This document shows, one piece after another, positions 15,537-24,905 of a DNA stretch of 57,645 nucleotides. Position 1 is the stretch's first letter. Each line of letters opens with the position of its first letter. Below the pieces are notes generated by a model. The model saw only the letters and a program-made list of their open reading frames with translations. It was not told the origin of the DNA and made no database searches. The position numbers and the translations under genes are program-made. Source of the stretch: Candidatus Parcubacteria bacterium (GTDB lineage: Bacteria > Patescibacteriota > Minisyncoccia > Phycocordibacterales > UBA918); contig JBDLTL010000001.1 of assembly GCA_039799085.1 (NCBI GenBank), forward strand, positions 1 through 57,645, written 5' to 3'.

Positions 15537-16652
15537 CTACCGAACAGGATGAAGAACAACGTCAACGAGCGCACCGAGCGTAACCATAAAGAGTGCGAGA
15601 AGGAGGGCTGGACCGAGTACCGGCACAAGCACCAAGAGCGCAATTCCAGCCACACCTGACACAAGAATCACGGGTGAAAGCGGCATAAAACGTTTTTTGT
15701 AGACGTACATGAGAAGTTGTCCAAGTACCGCCGCCATACTGAAGAGAGCGAGAAGAATTGCAAAGAGGTACGCCACAAGCGCTGTCACTCCAACAAATGA
15801 GCCGAGCACACTCACGATTAAGACCACAAACACAACCGGTGCCGCAAATAAGAAGACGAAGCCAGTTGCAAACGGACGAATACCACGAACGAGTGCACGT
15901 TCCGTGACTCGAATGAGGAGCTGTTTAGCGATGAGGTACCAAACAAGCGTCGAGAAAAGAAGCATCAAAAGCGGTACCAAGAAAGCCTTATATGCAACTC
16001 CTTCTGTTTCGTTCACGGGGTCGTTACGGACCGGGTCTCCAGCCATTTTTGCATTTGGAGAACGTTCGAGGGTTGCGAGACTCGTGTACTTCACGTTGCC
16101 AGCAATATCAGCCTTGTCGCCAAGAATAAGTTGTCCTGTCGCAACATCAATACTACCTTTTACGGGTGCATCGATTCGTAGATTTTCTACCTGGCCAAGA
16201 ATATTACCACCGACAGAACCGCTAATGTCAGCTTCACCACTGTATAAAATGACATCACCTCCAACCGATGCGGTAGAGAGAATTGTTACAGACCCAGCAA
16301 GCACAAAGAGGTCGCCGGTAATCGGCTTAGCGATCACCACATCTCCAGCCACAACTCGCACATCATCACCAATAGCACCATGCACATCAACACTCTCTCC
16401 TGCGAGAAGCGCGTCTGAAGTGACACTGCCGTTTACAGTCACTTTTCGACCGATAGACACCATGTCGCCCGCGATTTCGCCCGAGACATTAAGGATGTTG
16501 GCCATCGAGTAGAAGTCACCTTCAATTTTTTGGTCATTTTCAACAGAAACAGTCTCGCCGGTGCGAATCACCGAAGTAGCCTCAGCTGGAGTAGCGAAGA
16601 CAAAGAGAAAAAGTCCGATAAAGGTTGCAAATGCTAGTTTTTTTGGATTCAT
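15537..16652 (-). CDS. Membrane protein with a polymer-forming (bactofilin-like) beta-helical repeat domain
   Basis: Signal/TM segment, then repeated G(D/S)(V/I)...G motifs (ISGEIAGDM, VNGSVTSDA, VHGAIGDDV, VAGDVVI), then multiple C-terminal TM helices. Start at MNPKKL (16652). Confidence 0.65.
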   Translation of the reverse strand: MNPKKLAFATFIGLFLFVFATPAEATSVIRTGETVSVENDQKIEGDFYSMANILNVSGEIAGDMVSIGRKVTVNGSVTSDALLAGESVDVHGAIGDDVRVVAGDVVIAKPITGDLFVLAGSVTILSTASVGGDVILYSGEADISGSVGGNILGQVENLRIDAPVKGSIDVATGQLILGDKADIAGNVKYTSLATLERSPNAKMAGDPVRNDPVNETEGVAYKAFLVPLLMLLFSTLVWYLIAKQLLIRVTERALVRGIRPFATGFVFLFAAPVVFVVLIVSVLGSFVGVTALVAYLFAILLALFSMAAVLGQLLMYVYKKRFMPLSPVILVSGVAGIALLVLVPVLGPALLLALFMVTLGALVDVVLHPVR

Positions 16653-16840
16653 ATATTGACAAAGGGCAGAAGTCTGCCCAGATGCCACGATTCTACCACA
16701 TTTTAGAAAAAAATGAAGGGCATTTGCTCTTTCCTGTATTTAACATATTTGAGCGTCCGCGGGGAAGACAAGCTCGCTTGAGCACAAAAGACATAGAAGC
16801 GTGCGAAATATGTTACGTGCAGGAGATACGAAGATTCCTT

Positions 16841-17263
16841 CTACCTCGTTAAACACGGAATGAGCTTGGTGATTTCGAGAACACTCGGTGCCGCACCCGC
16901 AATAATTTCCTCAATTCGTGTCGCACCGAGCTTCTCTCCCCCACAGGTAATCATTTCTGGCGTAAGAACAAACGTCTCAACATCAATGTTTACAGCAGAA
17001 AGTGCTTTCTTGTGCGAGTCGGTCAGTGGAAGTGACGAGAGCGGAATTCCCTCCTTGGGGACCTTCTCAACCAAATCTGAAACGGCCGTCTCTGTTTCCG
17101 ACTTTGTCTCTACTACTGCGTCTTTCAAAGACTCTTTCACGACCTCAGCAGAAGGAGTCCCTGCCGAGGTTGAGAGGTTTTTCGTGACGTACAGATATAC
17201 CCCCACTGTCACGATGCCAGCAAGAACGAAGAAAAATACCGACCGCAAAATAAATGTTTTCAT
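16841..17263 (-). CDS. Hypothetical membrane-anchored protein
   Basis: 140 aa with an N-terminal TM helix. No motif recognised. Confidence 0.55.
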   Translation of the reverse strand: MKTFILRSVFFFVLAGIVTVGVYLYVTKNLSTSAGTPSAEVVKESLKDAVVETKSETETAVSDLVEKVPKEGIPLSSLPLTDSHKKALSAVNIDVETFVLTPEMITCGGEKLGATRIEEIIAGAAPSVLEITKLIPCLTR

Positions 17264-17373
17264 ATAGTGCTGTACTCGACCGGTGCTTGCAAGAAAAGAA
17301 TCATTGTAAGCGCAAGCATGATAAGAAACAAAATTGCAAAAAAGATTGAGAGCCGAGGTCTCGATAATTCCAT
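17260..17373 (-). CDS. Possible 37-aa hydrophobic micro-protein, stop overlapping the next start (ATGA)
   Basis: MELSRPRLSIFFAILFLIMLALTMILFLQAPVEYSTI. Read by hand because it is below the ORF-track cut-off. Confidence 0.3.
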   Translation of the reverse strand: MELSRPRLSIFFAILFLIMLALTMILFLQAPVEYSTI

Positions 17374-17429
17374 TTTCCCTGTATGCCAGTTACGGACGTA
17401 AAGGAACGAGAAGATAAATTTTACAAAGC

Positions 17430-17744
17430 TCATGAAATATCTCTCTTATACGCAGCGCCAGTAACGATAAGAAGTAGCAAACCAAAAGCGAGCACGAGAA
17501 ATGGGTGGTTAGAAAAAAAGTGGTATCGATGCATAATCTCCTCAATTCCAAACGACACTGACACAAATCCGACCGTGACGAGCAGAAGAAACATAACCGG
17601 AAAACGCTTAATGAGGAGCTTTCGAATTGGTCTCACTTCAGCCCGCAGTACCGTTTCGGATTTAAGGGCCACGTCTTCAATCTCTTTTAAAGTTTGAAAC
17701 ACTCCTTCGGTGCCTTCAAGTACATTATTAGGTTCTACTTTCAC
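17430..17744 (-). CDS. Hypothetical two-TM membrane protein
   Basis: 104 aa with a hydrophilic N-terminus and then two TM helices. Confidence 0.5.
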   Translation of the reverse strand: MKVEPNNVLEGTEGVFQTLKEIEDVALKSETVLRAEVRPIRKLLIKRFPVMFLLLVTVGFVSVSFGIEEIMHRYHFFSNHPFLVLAFGLLLLIVTGAAYKRDIS

Positions 17745-17752
17745 GCGACTAA

Positions 17753-18952
17753 TTATAACGCTTTTTCAAGCGTGAGCGTTACCGTTTTTTCCTCACCCTT
17801 TGAAAGAATTTCCAGCGTTACCGTCTGTCCAACTGTCTTCGTTCGCAAAACAGAAGAAAAATCTTTGTCTCTCAATTCTTCACCATCAACCGAAAGAATA
17901 ATATCTCCCTCTGTAATTCCAGCTTTTTCAGCTGGTGAGTTTGGCGCGACGGCCGGCTCGGCCTCACTCTGTCCTCGTGCTACGAGCGCACCGTAGTCAA
18001 CCGTGAGATTATTGATTCTTACTAGCCTTGGTGTCACCATCGTGTACCGCACACCAGCAAAGGGGCGGACGATTTCGCCATGCTCTTTCACTGAATCAAC
18101 TGCCTGTTTTACTACGTGTGCTGGTAGAGCAAAACCAATATTCTCAGCTCCTCGTGATGTGGCAACATTCACTCCGATAACTTTCCCATCAAGTGTTAGG
18201 AGCGGTCCTCCAGAGTTGCCAGGGTTTATAGCTGCATCGGTTTGGATAACCTGATCAAGCTGCTCACTTCTTCCCCATTCGTCACTCGCCACAATCGAGC
18301 GCGAGAGCCCCGAAACAACTCCGACCGAAACTGAGTTTTGAAACTCAGCCAAAGCATTACCAATTGCAACCACCGCTTGGCCGAGTTTGAGCGCGGAAGA
18401 ATCTCCAAACTCAAGATACGTAAGCGCTTCTACAATAGGCTCGTTGATTTTAAGCACCGCAATATCCAAGTCAGCATCACGCGCCAACACATCAACCTTG
18501 TACGCAGTTCCATCATTAAGAAGGATTGAATACCGCGCATCGACATCAGCTACGACATGATTGTTTGTCACGATAAGACCATCGTTGCTCACAATAAATC
18601 CTGAGCCGCCACCAACCTCACGTTCTTCGGTACCATTCTCTCGAATGCGCGGAATATTAAAAAATCCCCACGGGTCAAACTGCTCATAGTATCGTTCGTA
18701 GACAGGGACGTCTTTGGTAACCACAACAGAAACAACCGCACTGTTCGCTTTCGATACCATTTCAACAACTGGCTCTTTTTGTTCGGCAGAAACTACGGCG
18801 CTTGAGACTTCTTTTACATCACCACCTTGCGACAACACAAAGGAAGCAATCTGACTACGAAATATAAATAGCGTACCTGCAACAATAACGAGCGTGAGGA
18901 AACTGCTCAGCAACACTACCTGTGCAGGATGTAACGGGGGTTTGTTTTCCAT
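17753..18952 (-). CDS. htrA: HtrA/DegP-family serine protease with PDZ domain
   Basis: GSGFIVS.DGLIVTNNHVV, QTDAAINPGNSGGPLL (catalytic Ser), and a C-terminal PDZ (AEKAGI.EGDIILSVDG). Confidence 0.92.
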   Translation of the reverse strand: MENKPPLHPAQVVLLSSFLTLVIVAGTLFIFRSQIASFVLSQGGDVKEVSSAVVSAEQKEPVVEMVSKANSAVVSVVVTKDVPVYERYYEQFDPWGFFNIPRIRENGTEEREVGGGSGFIVSNDGLIVTNNHVVADVDARYSILLNDGTAYKVDVLARDADLDIAVLKINEPIVEALTYLEFGDSSALKLGQAVVAIGNALAEFQNSVSVGVVSGLSRSIVASDEWGRSEQLDQVIQTDAAINPGNSGGPLLTLDGKVIGVNVATSRGAENIGFALPAHVVKQAVDSVKEHGEIVRPFAGVRYTMVTPRLVRINNLTVDYGALVARGQSEAEPAVAPNSPAEKAGITEGDIILSVDGEELRDKDFSSVLRTKTVGQTVTLEILSKGEEKTVTLTLEKAL

Positions 18953-18972
18953 ACGCGCTATTATACGCGATG

Positions 18973-19998
18973 TTACTCAGTTTTATTCTGGAAAAGACGC
19001 TTGCCTCGTTCCCACATTTCTGGTCTGTCTTGAAGAAGTAGCCAGTACCACCATTCTGCTCCCCAAAGATACTGCGTGTCATAGTGTGTACCCTCAGCAT
19101 ACGTCAGAATATCTTCAAATTTTTCAAGATTCATACGGGTAAATTGCGTCTCAACCGGGACGTCAACCACCGGCTCAAGAAGCCACGGCTCGGCAGAAAG
19201 TTCAATGAGTACTGTCCTCTTTTCGCCGTATATAGCCCCCATGAGATTATCCTTCACGCGATAAAACCACGGTGGAAGGAACGTGCGGAATTGACCGAGC
19301 TCAGGATTCCAGAAATGCACATAGACACTAGTCCCAAACATATCGCCGCGAGAGTACGCACCCTGCCACGTACCGAGATTGCCACTATCGGTGACCAATA
19401 TCGGACGCGTGCCATCAAGCGAACGGACGAGCTCTATCTCCTTGTCTAAGAAAGCAGTATCCAGATGACCACAATGCTCAAACGCAAAGACTTCCAAGAA
19501 CGGCTCGTTCTCAACCTGCCAAATCGTCACCGCCGAACTTCCTTTGTAGCGATTCACGACTGCTTCCATGTACTTCATCTGCTCTTCGTTTCGCTCTTCC
19601 TCAGAAAGAGTTTGTGCCCACTTCGGCACATGACACTCTGGCCATCGCGGTAAGCGACGTCCTACCGCCAAAACCACACTCGCCCCCACACGCTCTGCGC
19701 CAGCAATTTGGTAGTCGAGTTCGTCAAAATTATAGACACCTCTCCCCGGCTCCACCATGGGCCAGTGGGCCGCGAGCCTCAGATGACGTACCCCGAGGTC
19801 ATTTAATATTGCATCGTATGCGTCTCTCCACTCCAGCCCGAGCTCCTCTGCGTACATGGTATTAAACGACATACCGTACGTAATACTTTCAGGTTTTGCT
19901 TTTTGCGCCAAAAGAAATACTGCAATACACAGAAATACAACGATGCAAAGGACACCAATCACGAAATATTTGAGCCCTCTACGCATCCATGGCTTCAT
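18973..19998 (-). CDS. Membrane-anchored glycoside hydrolase, clan GH-A-like
   Basis: 341 aa with an N-terminal TM helix. WQVENEP (the NEP acid/base motif typical of (beta/alpha)8 GH-A enzymes). The family is not resolved. Confidence 0.6.
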   Translation of the reverse strand: MKPWMRRGLKYFVIGVLCIVVFLCIAVFLLAQKAKPESITYGMSFNTMYAEELGLEWRDAYDAILNDLGVRHLRLAAHWPMVEPGRGVYNFDELDYQIAGAERVGASVVLAVGRRLPRWPECHVPKWAQTLSEEERNEEQMKYMEAVVNRYKGSSAVTIWQVENEPFLEVFAFEHCGHLDTAFLDKEIELVRSLDGTRPILVTDSGNLGTWQGAYSRGDMFGTSVYVHFWNPELGQFRTFLPPWFYRVKDNLMGAIYGEKRTVLIELSAEPWLLEPVVDVPVETQFTRMNLEKFEDILTYAEGTHYDTQYLWGAEWWYWLLLQDRPEMWERGKRLFQNKTE

Positions 19999-20013
19999 AC
20001 GTAACTCATTCTA

Positions 20014-20946
20014 TCATGCGAAGAGCATGAAGAAGCCTGAAACAATGACAATGATGAAGATAAGTTTCCTGAAGAAAACATTCGGCCGTGTATCTCTATC
20101 AGTAGCTGAAGCAGGAAGCCAATGAGCGAAGATAACTGTGAGGAATAGAATGAATACGAAACGAACGCCGTCCATAGCTTGGACCACAGACACCTCCCCA
20201 AGATCAGTGGCCTTAAGGAGCAAGAATGCAGCCACACCAGCAATAACTTTTGTGAGAATAACGATGAATCCTGTCTTTTTGGTAGTTGATTTCGATTGCT
20301 GCTTGATTTTGTCCCAGTAGACAGGAACCATGAGAAGTGAAAGTGCAAAAAACACAAAACAAAGACGTGACCAAAAGAAACCGTCGTCAAAACTAGTCTC
20401 CATAAAGAGCCCCTTCATAGTGATGTAGTGGAGAGCAAAGAACACTCCGCTATGGAAAACATGTAGCACCACACTCCACTCAGGCAGTGTTTTAGCAACA
20501 AGTAATGTCCCAAGTGACATTAGAACAATCCCTATCATGTGACCTTGTGTAAGCTGTGCATCAAGGAAGATAAAGCTCATTCCAAAAGTCGAGAGCGCTG
20601 AAACGGTGCCGATAATCGGCATGACTACCGCTGCGTCAGAATTCTTGAGGGCATCGTACATCGAAACGAGCGCCATAAAGAATGTATACGCCGACAAAAA
20701 CGCCATACTCACGACCTGAATAGTCGGAAACTCCACATTTCTAAAACTCGGCATACCGAGGTCAGCCAGCGGTGGAATTAGCCCCGCAAAGAAAATGACA
20801 ACCCAAAATCCCGTAAGGAGACATGAGTAAAACGCGTACACAAATGGCCGCGGCATTACTTTGTCATCAGAGACGATATATTTGTCGAGCACGGCAACAA
20901 AGGCATTCAACAATTGCCCGAATGTCGCCAGTAAGATCCAATGCAT
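20014..20946 (-). CDS. DMT/EamA-like permease
   Basis: 310 aa with about 10 TM helices in two repeats. Confidence 0.65.
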   Translation of the reverse strand: MHWILLATFGQLLNAFVAVLDKYIVSDDKVMPRPFVYAFYSCLLTGFWVVIFFAGLIPPLADLGMPSFRNVEFPTIQVVSMAFLSAYTFFMALVSMYDALKNSDAAVVMPIIGTVSALSTFGMSFIFLDAQLTQGHMIGIVLMSLGTLLVAKTLPEWSVVLHVFHSGVFFALHYITMKGLFMETSFDDGFFWSRLCFVFFALSLLMVPVYWDKIKQQSKSTTKKTGFIVILTKVIAGVAAFLLLKATDLGEVSVVQAMDGVRFVFILFLTVIFAHWLPASATDRDTRPNVFFRKLIFIIVIVSGFFMLFA

Positions 20947-20951
20947 CCCCT

Positions 20952-22175
20952 CTATTCTACAACAGCATTTGCGTCACAAATCGCTTTGTACACGTATGCG
21001 GAAGGACGAATCTTTCGTTCGAGAGTAGCGTAATCAACCTCAACCAAACCGAATCTTTTTTCAAATCCAAGCGCCCACTCATAGTTATCAAGAAGTGACC
21101 AGTAAATGTGCGCTTGTACGTCCACCCCACTTTGCAACGCTCGCCACGCAGCGCCGACTTGCTTTGTGATGTATTCAGCCCGACCAGAGTCAGCCTCATC
21201 GGCCAGACCGGCTTCTGCAATATAGATTGGCTTTTTGTACCGCTTAAGCATCATGAGCGCATCGTAGATTCTCTCTGGAGCAAAGTTCCAATCCATATCA
21301 GTCTTTCTCCACTTCCGCTTATCACCAAATTTCGTATAAAAGTAATAATTGAGTCCGATTGAATCATAGTGTCCGGCGGTGCGTTTCATGAAAACATGCG
21401 TCCATTGCCAGTTAGCGATGCTGGCAGCAAGCTTATTGAACGGGTTCCAATTTGCATCAAAGACAATCACATGGTGGACAAAGTTTACATCAACATTCGG
21501 GCGAACGTTCTTAATCGCTTTATATGCAGCATTGTGTGCAAGAGCCATGTGCTTGCGCACCTTAAAGTAGAGAAATAGCGGCGCAAGACCCTTGGTAGCC
21601 TTCGCTTCATAACTCCTACCAGAGTTAGTAATAGCCACCATATCAGTGAGAGCAAAACGCTTGAACGGAGGCCAGCTACCGCGGAGCCAACCGTTACTGG
21701 CGTACACACTTGGCTCGTTGATGGTAGAAAAATGACCACATAAATCACTCAGGCGCTCGACCACAAACGCACAGTAGCGTGCGAAAATTTCCGGTGAGTC
21801 TTTTTGTTCAAAGCCACCACGGTCAGAAAACCAAAGCGGTAGTGTGAAATGCCAGAGCGTGATGATTGGCATGATGCTGCGCGCCTGAAGGGCGCGCAAC
21901 ACTTCTCGATAATGCTCTATCGCCTCTTCGTTGAATTTTCCTTCCTCAGGCTCAATTCGTGCCCATTCCACTGAAAAACGATGAACATTATGTCCAAGAC
22001 TCTTTGCAATATCAAAATCTTGCTCGTACCTTGTGTAATGTTCACATGCACGGCCACAGGTAGGTACACGACCGTCGCGAGCAGCTTGCGCCCAGTCACA
22101 GTTTTCAATTCCACCTTCTACCTGGTAGGAAGCGGTAGCGGCACCCCAGAGGAAGCCTTTTGGAAATTCTTTCAT
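20952..22175 (-). CDS. Glycoside hydrolase family 1 (beta-glucosidase-like)
   Basis: FPKGFLWGAATASYQVEGG, TINEP acid/base, and a YIAEAGL nucleophile region (a variant of ITENG). Confidence 0.9.
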   Translation of the reverse strand: MKEFPKGFLWGAATASYQVEGGIENCDWAQAARDGRVPTCGRACEHYTRYEQDFDIAKSLGHNVHRFSVEWARIEPEEGKFNEEAIEHYREVLRALQARSIMPIITLWHFTLPLWFSDRGGFEQKDSPEIFARYCAFVVERLSDLCGHFSTINEPSVYASNGWLRGSWPPFKRFALTDMVAITNSGRSYEAKATKGLAPLFLYFKVRKHMALAHNAAYKAIKNVRPNVDVNFVHHVIVFDANWNPFNKLAASIANWQWTHVFMKRTAGHYDSIGLNYYFYTKFGDKRKWRKTDMDWNFAPERIYDALMMLKRYKKPIYIAEAGLADEADSGRAEYITKQVGAAWRALQSGVDVQAHIYWSLLDNYEWALGFEKRFGLVEVDYATLERKIRPSAYVYKAICDANAVVE

Positions 22176-22332
22176 ATTTATTGTTGCTGTATCTTACAGA
22201 TACTGTACACCTTGTCGCCACTTTGCTCCAAGTATTCGCAAAGTAGCTGGCAAGGTCTTGCGAAATGGGTTCCTTCCCATTTCTCACCCCATAAAAACCC
22301 CTCTGGAAATTTCTTTTCACCCATACCTGAAA

Positions 22333-23175
22333 CTACTTCTGCTTACTCTTAATAAGCGCCATTGCGCCATACAGTCCACCCTCATCTCTCAGTGCTGCAT
22401 CAACAATAATCGGACATGGTACAAACCCACGTAGTGCTTCGACTGTCTTCTCGCGTATTACTTCAAGCATAATGCGAGGGTCACCCACCACCATCGAACC
22501 TCCAAGTACTATCACATCTGGTGACCAAAAAAGAATAGCGTTTCGAAGTCCTACCGCTAAGTACCCTGCCAATTCGTCCCATACCGGGTCATCTTGAGCT
22601 ATCTCATACGGCTTACATCCACGCCTCCGCTCCAAAGCTGAACCTGAGATGAGATTTTCAAGCGTATGGAGCGTGTCTGAACCAAAAATACTTCCATCTA
22701 TATCAAGAATCTGATGTCCCGGTTCGAAGCCAATACTCGTAACGTCAAGAACCCCATTCACATAACGAGCTCCACCAACACCGGTACTCACCGTAAAGTA
22801 AGCAACAATCGCACCCTCTTTCCCAGCTCCATAAACCGCTTCGCCAAGTCCAACAATCGCAGAATCATTCTCCAGGAAAACAGGTGCTGAGAGTTTATTC
22901 TCAATATCAATAGTCAGTGGCTTATTAATCCAATCTGTGAGGACAACCTCATTACTGATACCTGTCTTATCCTTCTTCAATGGACCTCGAATACCTCCTG
23001 CGATAGCAGTGATTGGTTTTCCGCCTGTAAGTTCTAGTGCGGCGGAACAAATAGCTTCAACCCCCGCCTCATACTGCATCGGAGTTTCAAATTTAATCGG
23101 AGTTCCGTAGCTCTTTAAATCCTCACTGACAGCAACACGGGTCTTCGTTCCCCCAATATCAAAAATTACGTACAT
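22333..23175 (-). CDS. ROK-family sugar kinase
   Basis: FDIGGTKTRVA, ENDSAIVGLGE and GGS blocks. Confidence 0.8.
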   Translation of the reverse strand: MYVIFDIGGTKTRVAVSEDLKSYGTPIKFETPMQYEAGVEAICSAALELTGGKPITAIAGGIRGPLKKDKTGISNEVVLTDWINKPLTIDIENKLSAPVFLENDSAIVGLGEAVYGAGKEGAIVAYFTVSTGVGGARYVNGVLDVTSIGFEPGHQILDIDGSIFGSDTLHTLENLISGSALERRRGCKPYEIAQDDPVWDELAGYLAVGLRNAILFWSPDVIVLGGSMVVGDPRIMLEVIREKTVEALRGFVPCPIIVDAALRDEGGLYGAMALIKSKQK

Positions 23176-23194
23176 AACAAAAGTATAACAGAAG

Positions 23195-23224
23195 CCGCGC
23201 CCAAGCTCGAAAGCAAGGGCGCGG
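23195..23224 (-). terminator. Terminator after paralogue 1
   Basis: ccgcgccc...gggcgcgg stem with an inner gct-cgaa-agc pairing. Confidence 0.55.
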
Positions 23225-23242
23225 GACGGTCACGGTAATGAC

Positions 23243-23653
23243 CTAAATGAAGGTGTGTCCACCGAAGGTGCGTTGGATGGCCAAGGCTTCGAGATGGTTC
23301 TGGGAAACATCTTTCCGAAGTAGGCCCGGCATCATTCCTTCGGTGAGAACGAGCTCACCAGGAACTCCCCGATGATCCTCAACCCAGAACGTGACTGGAT
23401 CGGGACCAATCCTGACCATGATATACAAAGAAACAAGCTCTCGACGACACATCATAGTTACACCGCCGGAAGAAAAGAAGGCTCGGTAACCACGCGAATG
23501 GATGTGCGGCACGCGAATCATGAGACTCTGCCAGTTCTGGCCGAAGCGCCAGATAATCGGCCACCGCTTCGAGATAGCCTTTGGGTCGCCATCCAAGGTG
23601 ACGGCACCTTGCTTCGGAGGCTCCACATCGACATTTTTCCACCACATACCCAT
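23243..23653 (-). CDS. Hypothetical W/R-rich protein, paralogue 1 of 2
   Basis: AAGGAG lies 7 nt upstream of ATG 23653. ISKRWPIIWRFGQNW...RGYRAFF...VRIGPDPVTFWVE aligns with the 23728-24135 product. No known domain recognised. Confidence 0.65.
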   Translation of the reverse strand: MGMWWKNVDVEPPKQGAVTLDGDPKAISKRWPIIWRFGQNWQSLMIRVPHIHSRGYRAFFSSGGVTMMCRRELVSLYIMVRIGPDPVTFWVEDHRGVPGELVLTEGMMPGLLRKDVSQNHLEALAIQRTFGGHTFI

Positions 23654-23690
23654 CAAACTTCTCCTTCAATAGAAAGTGCATTCAAATTTT

Positions 23691-23719
23691 ATTATAACAT
23701 AATAATTAGACTATTTCAA
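23691..23719 (-). promoter_or_regulatory. Near-consensus sigma70 promoter for paralogue 1
   Basis: Minus strand TTGAAA (23719-23714), 17 nt, TATAAT (23696-23691). It is embedded in the motif GCTATTGAAATA, which recurs upstream of paralogue 2 (24190-24201). Confidence 0.55.
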
Positions 23720-23727
23720 TAGCCTCA

Positions 23728-24135
23728 TTAAATCTTTGTGAAAGTGAAGCCTTTGGGGAAAAATTTAAGTTGAGCCTCGTTTCGCTTCTTGGTGACGAGC
23801 GGACCCCCCTTCTTGGTACCACTGTATGTCAGCTGAAGCGGTTCGTGTGTGCGGGTTTCAGCCCAAAAATATGTCTTCTGTGGACCAACACGAACAGAGA
23901 CAAACTCAGTGTGAATAAGCTGATGGTAGCGCACTATTCGCCTACCTTCTACATAGAAATATAGGTAATATCCTCGCCTAGGTGATGCCATGCCGACCAC
24001 CCGCAAAAGATACCGATACTGTCCCAATCGCCACAGTAACGGCCATCGCCTCGAGATCGTTCCGTGCACCTCTTGCAACACAAGGGCGTGCGCAGGAACG
24101 CGTCTATATCGCATTACTGGCCAAAACATTCCCAT
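23728..24135 (-). CDS. Hypothetical W/R-rich protein, paralogue 2 of 2
   Basis: ISRRWPLLWRLGQYR...RGYYLYF...VRVGPQKTYFWAE. Roughly one-third identical to paralogue 1 by hand alignment. Confidence 0.65.
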   Translation of the reverse strand: MGMFWPVMRYRRVPAHALVLQEVHGTISRRWPLLWRLGQYRYLLRVVGMASPRRGYYLYFYVEGRRIVRYHQLIHTEFVSVRVGPQKTYFWAETRTHEPLQLTYSGTKKGGPLVTKKRNEAQLKFFPKGFTFTKI

Positions 24136-24201
24136 AATGTTTACCTTATCGGTTAAAACCTCCTATATATACAGTACAATGTTTTTGGAGTATTTCAATA
24201 G

Positions 24202-24903
24202 CTAAAACTCAACCGCATTTAAAAAGCTTGCCGGTGCAAGGTGCTGTTTCCACTTTTCATAGAGAGCTGTGGTAGCAAGAACATCATCGATGTTGTGTGA
24301 GATAAGTTCAGCGAACCTCCCGGCGGCGTATAGTTCCGCAACCTGACTTCCATCCACCTCTCCTTTCTGACTCTCAATACCATAGGCTCGAAGCAAGAGG
24401 TGAAGCGACGGACGTTTACTCATTGCTCCATACATAGTAAGTTCATCCATCAAATCAACGTGGTAGGGCAAGAATTGCTTCGTGAGATACCGATTCTGTT
24501 GGAATGTCTGAGCTGGACGAATACCGTGCACCACCGAACGGTGAAGCAAGAACGGCACATCAAAGGCTCGACCATTGAAGGTAACAAACACATCATAACT
24601 CTGCACACCGTCCCAAAAATCTTCGAGAGTCTCTTTTTCTGTACGTTTCTTTATAACAAAATCACCTATACGAGACTCCACTTGCTTTTCATCTGCAACA
24701 GAGTAAACGACACCTTGTCGTCGCTCGATATCAAAAAGCGTAATACTTACTATACTTCCCGTGAGCGGAGAAAGTCCCAACTGTGATTTCACTTCATCCT
24801 CGCTTGCGCCTCTGGCACTTCTAAGCAACTGGGATTTTGTGTAAGCGTCAAAAGAATCCCACGGGTCGGGAATCGTTTCAATATCAAAGACGAGTGTGGC
24901 CAT
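24202..24903 (-). CDS. RNase H-fold 3'-5' exonuclease (DnaQ/PolB-exonuclease-like)
   Basis: LVFDIETIPD (ExoI), VTFNGRAFDVPFL (ExoII), and a distal H....D (ISHNIDDV) ExoIII-like block. Confidence 0.75.
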   Translation of the reverse strand: MATLVFDIETIPDPWDSFDAYTKSQLLRSARGASEDEVKSQLGLSPLTGSIVSITLFDIERRQGVVYSVADEKQVESRIGDFVIKKRTEKETLEDFWDGVQSYDVFVTFNGRAFDVPFLLHRSVVHGIRPAQTFQQNRYLTKQFLPYHVDLMDELTMYGAMSKRPSLHLLLRAYGIESQKGEVDGSQVAELYAAGRFAELISHNIDDVLATTALYEKWKQHLAPASFLNAVEF

Positions 24904-24905
24904 GC

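Noticed and set aside
15473-15664. N-terminal extension of the HAD hydrolase ORF overlapping the upstream gene
   Set aside because: The extension runs through the 15497-15532 terminator and the 3' end of the 15537 gene. The DxDGT motif follows directly after Met at 15472.
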